Source: an uncultured Desulfobacter sp.
GTDB taxonomy: Bacteria; Desulfobacterota; Desulfobacteria; Desulfobacterales; Desulfobacteraceae
Assembly (NCBI GenBank): GCA_963665095.1
Contig: OY762069.1
Coordinates: 576,001-640,000 of the forward strand
DNA: 64,000 nucleotides
Reading direction: 5' to 3'
The position numbers and the translations under genes are program-made. Below, in pieces: positions 62,352-64,000 of this stretch (position 1 is its first letter; each line of letters opens with the position of its first letter). The notes beneath the pieces were generated by a model. It saw only the letters and a program-made list of their open reading frames with translations, had not been told where the DNA came from and made no database searches.

Positions 62352-64000
62352 ATGGGGCGGACTGTAAATTTTTCATCGGATCTTCTTCAGCTTCTGGTGT
62401 GCCGGAACGTTTCTGCCTTACACGATGGTATTCTCCTTGCTCTGGATAATTTTATTTCGGTACTGGGGGCAGATGAAGGGTATTACTATCTGTTTGATGA
62501 GTTACAGCAGGGCCGGCTTACCTGCCGGTACCACCGGCAACGCAGAACTGTCGGGACAGTGCTGCCAAATGAATTTTCCATGGAATCAGCAGGCAGGATA
62601 CTGGATCGGCTTGACAGGGAAAAAATGCTTATCCTTTCACCTGCGGAGCGGGGGGTAAAAAGGACGCTGTCTGAAACAGATGCCTGTTTTGACAATCCCG
62701 AGGTTACCTCTCTTCTGGTCCAGTCAAAAACCCACCAGGATATGCCGGGACTTATGGTGCTTTGTTATGGGCCGGGTTCCCCCTGCCCGAATCTCCCGGA
62801 TACAAAAGAAGAACTGCTTGACAGGCTTCAGATGTTCACCCATGTGGTGGTCCATCATGATAGTCTTGCAGAGAATGAATCCAGGAACCGGTTTGAAAAA
62901 ACCTTGAGGGAGATTTCCAAGCAGATGATAAACCCCTCTGCGGACCAGATTGATTCATATATCAACAAAGGACTCAAATCAATTACCGAATTATTTGACG
63001 TGGACCGTGGGATTATCTTCCAGCGGACACCTGAAAATCCCATTGCTACATTGACCCATGCCTTTTCAAGGCTTTCACCGAACAAACTGCCAGAGAATTT
63101 AAATATCACTGAGGCGGATTATCCGTATCTTTCCCATGAACACATTGTCAAACGCCGTATCACCTTCTGGAACTCCATCAACGATTTGCCCAAAGAGGCC
63201 AGAACAGACTGGGAAAACTTGAGCCAGTGGGGCGTGAAATCCAGCCTCAATATCCCGCTGACTGTCGGGGATCAGACCTATGGCACCCTGACGTTCAACA
63301 CTGTCAAACATGAAACCCGGTGGCCCGGAGAAACCATCAACAGGGCAACTGTCATCGGAGAGATTTTTTCCAATGCCCTGGCCCGGAAGTATGCGGATGA
63401 GGCGCTTCGAAATTCACTGAAAGAGATCCGAAAGCTCAAAGACCAGCTTGAATCGGAAAACATCTACCTGCAAAAGGAAATTAAGCTGAGTCATAATTTT
63501 GATGAGATTGTCGGCGACAGCCGTGCGCTGAAGAGCGTCCTGTTTAAAATTACCCAATGTGCGCCAACGGATGCAGCCGTTATGATTTCAGGCGAAACCG
63601 GGACAGGCAAGGAGCTGGTGGCCAGGGCTGTCCATGCGAAAAGCCGCCGGAATGAACGGCCTTTAATAAAGGTGGACTGCGGCAGCCTGCCGGCCACCCT
63701 GATTGAGCGGGAGTTGTTCGGCCATAAAAAAGGTGCCTTTACAGGTGCGCACCAGCAGCAGGCAGGGCGGTTTGAGATTGCCGACGGCGGCACTCTTTTT
63801 CTGGACGAAATCGGGGAACTTCCCCTTGAGCTTCAGTCAAAGCTTCTGCGGGTTCTCCAGGACGGTGAGTTCGAGCGGCTGGGTGACCCCAAAACCCGCA
63901 AGGTGGATGTAAGGATCATTGCCGCCACAAACAGGGATCTTGAAAAAGAGATACAGGAAGGGCGTTTCAGAAGTGATCTCTGGTACCGGCTTAATGTTTT
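62352..64000 (+). CDS. GAF-containing sigma54-dependent activator (FhlA/NifA-like), cut by the window end
   Basis: ATG 62352 is in frame with GETGTGKEL (63591), ELFGHKKGAFTGA, FLDEI, IIAATN; no stop seen before the window end. Confidence 0.9.
   Translation, partial: MGRTVNFSSDLLQLLVCRNVSALHDGILLALDNFISVLGADEGYYYLFDELQQGRLTCRYHRQRRTVGTVLPNEFSMESAGRILDRLDREKMLILSPAERGVKRTLSETDACFDNPEVTSLLVQSKTHQDMPGLMVLCYGPGSPCPNLPDTKEELLDRLQMFTHVVVHHDSLAENESRNRFEKTLREISKQMINPSADQIDSYINKGLKSITELFDVDRGIIFQRTPENPIATLTHAFSRLSPNKLPENLNITEADYPYLSHEHIVKRRITFWNSINDLPKEARTDWENLSQWGVKSSLNIPLTVGDQTYGTLTFNTVKHETRWPGETINRATVIGEIFSNALARKYADEALRNSLKEIRKLKDQLESENIYLQKEIKLSHNFDEIVGDSRALKSVLFKITQCAPTDAAVMISGETGTGKELVARAVHAKSRRNERPLIKVDCGSLPATLIERELFGHKKGAFTGAHQQQAGRFEIADGGTLFLDEIGELPLELQSKLLRVLQDGEFERLGDPKTRKVDVRIIAATNRDLEKEIQEGRFRSDLWYRLNV

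Noticed and set aside
102..63912. Numerous short overlapping or antisense ORFs in the supplied track
   Set aside because: They lie within well-supported genes on another frame or strand and lack motifs and RBS.

Overview
64 kb chromosomal window of an anaerobic, probably Desulfobacteraceae-like bacterium (inferred from gene content, not tested). In order: a DDE insertion sequence with a nested IS200; a sigma54-controlled neighbourhood (DksA-family gene, DASS transporter, REC-CBS protein, NtrC-type activator, unlisted 50-aa basic protein); ppk2, a K+ channel and signalling genes; a TetR-linked operon in which a glycyl radical enzyme (GRE) I cannot assign to a known class and its activase sit among beta-oxidation genes, with two structured palindromic repeats; a methyltransferase/TonB receptor/Opp-Nik ABC operon behind a structured leader; five exported proteins sharing a shuffled ~100-aa 'YGT' module, interspersed with a CNF1-like deamidase candidate, tex and an RMD1-family gene; then IS3/IS91 remnants, a doubly frameshifted kinase and a sigma54 activator cut by the window end. 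No rRNA, tRNA or CRISPR seen. Best novelty candidates: the GRE/beta-oxidation pathway, the YGT-module proteins, the deamidase candidate, the covarying repeat and the riboswitch-like leader. All calls come from reading motifs by eye; no searches were run.
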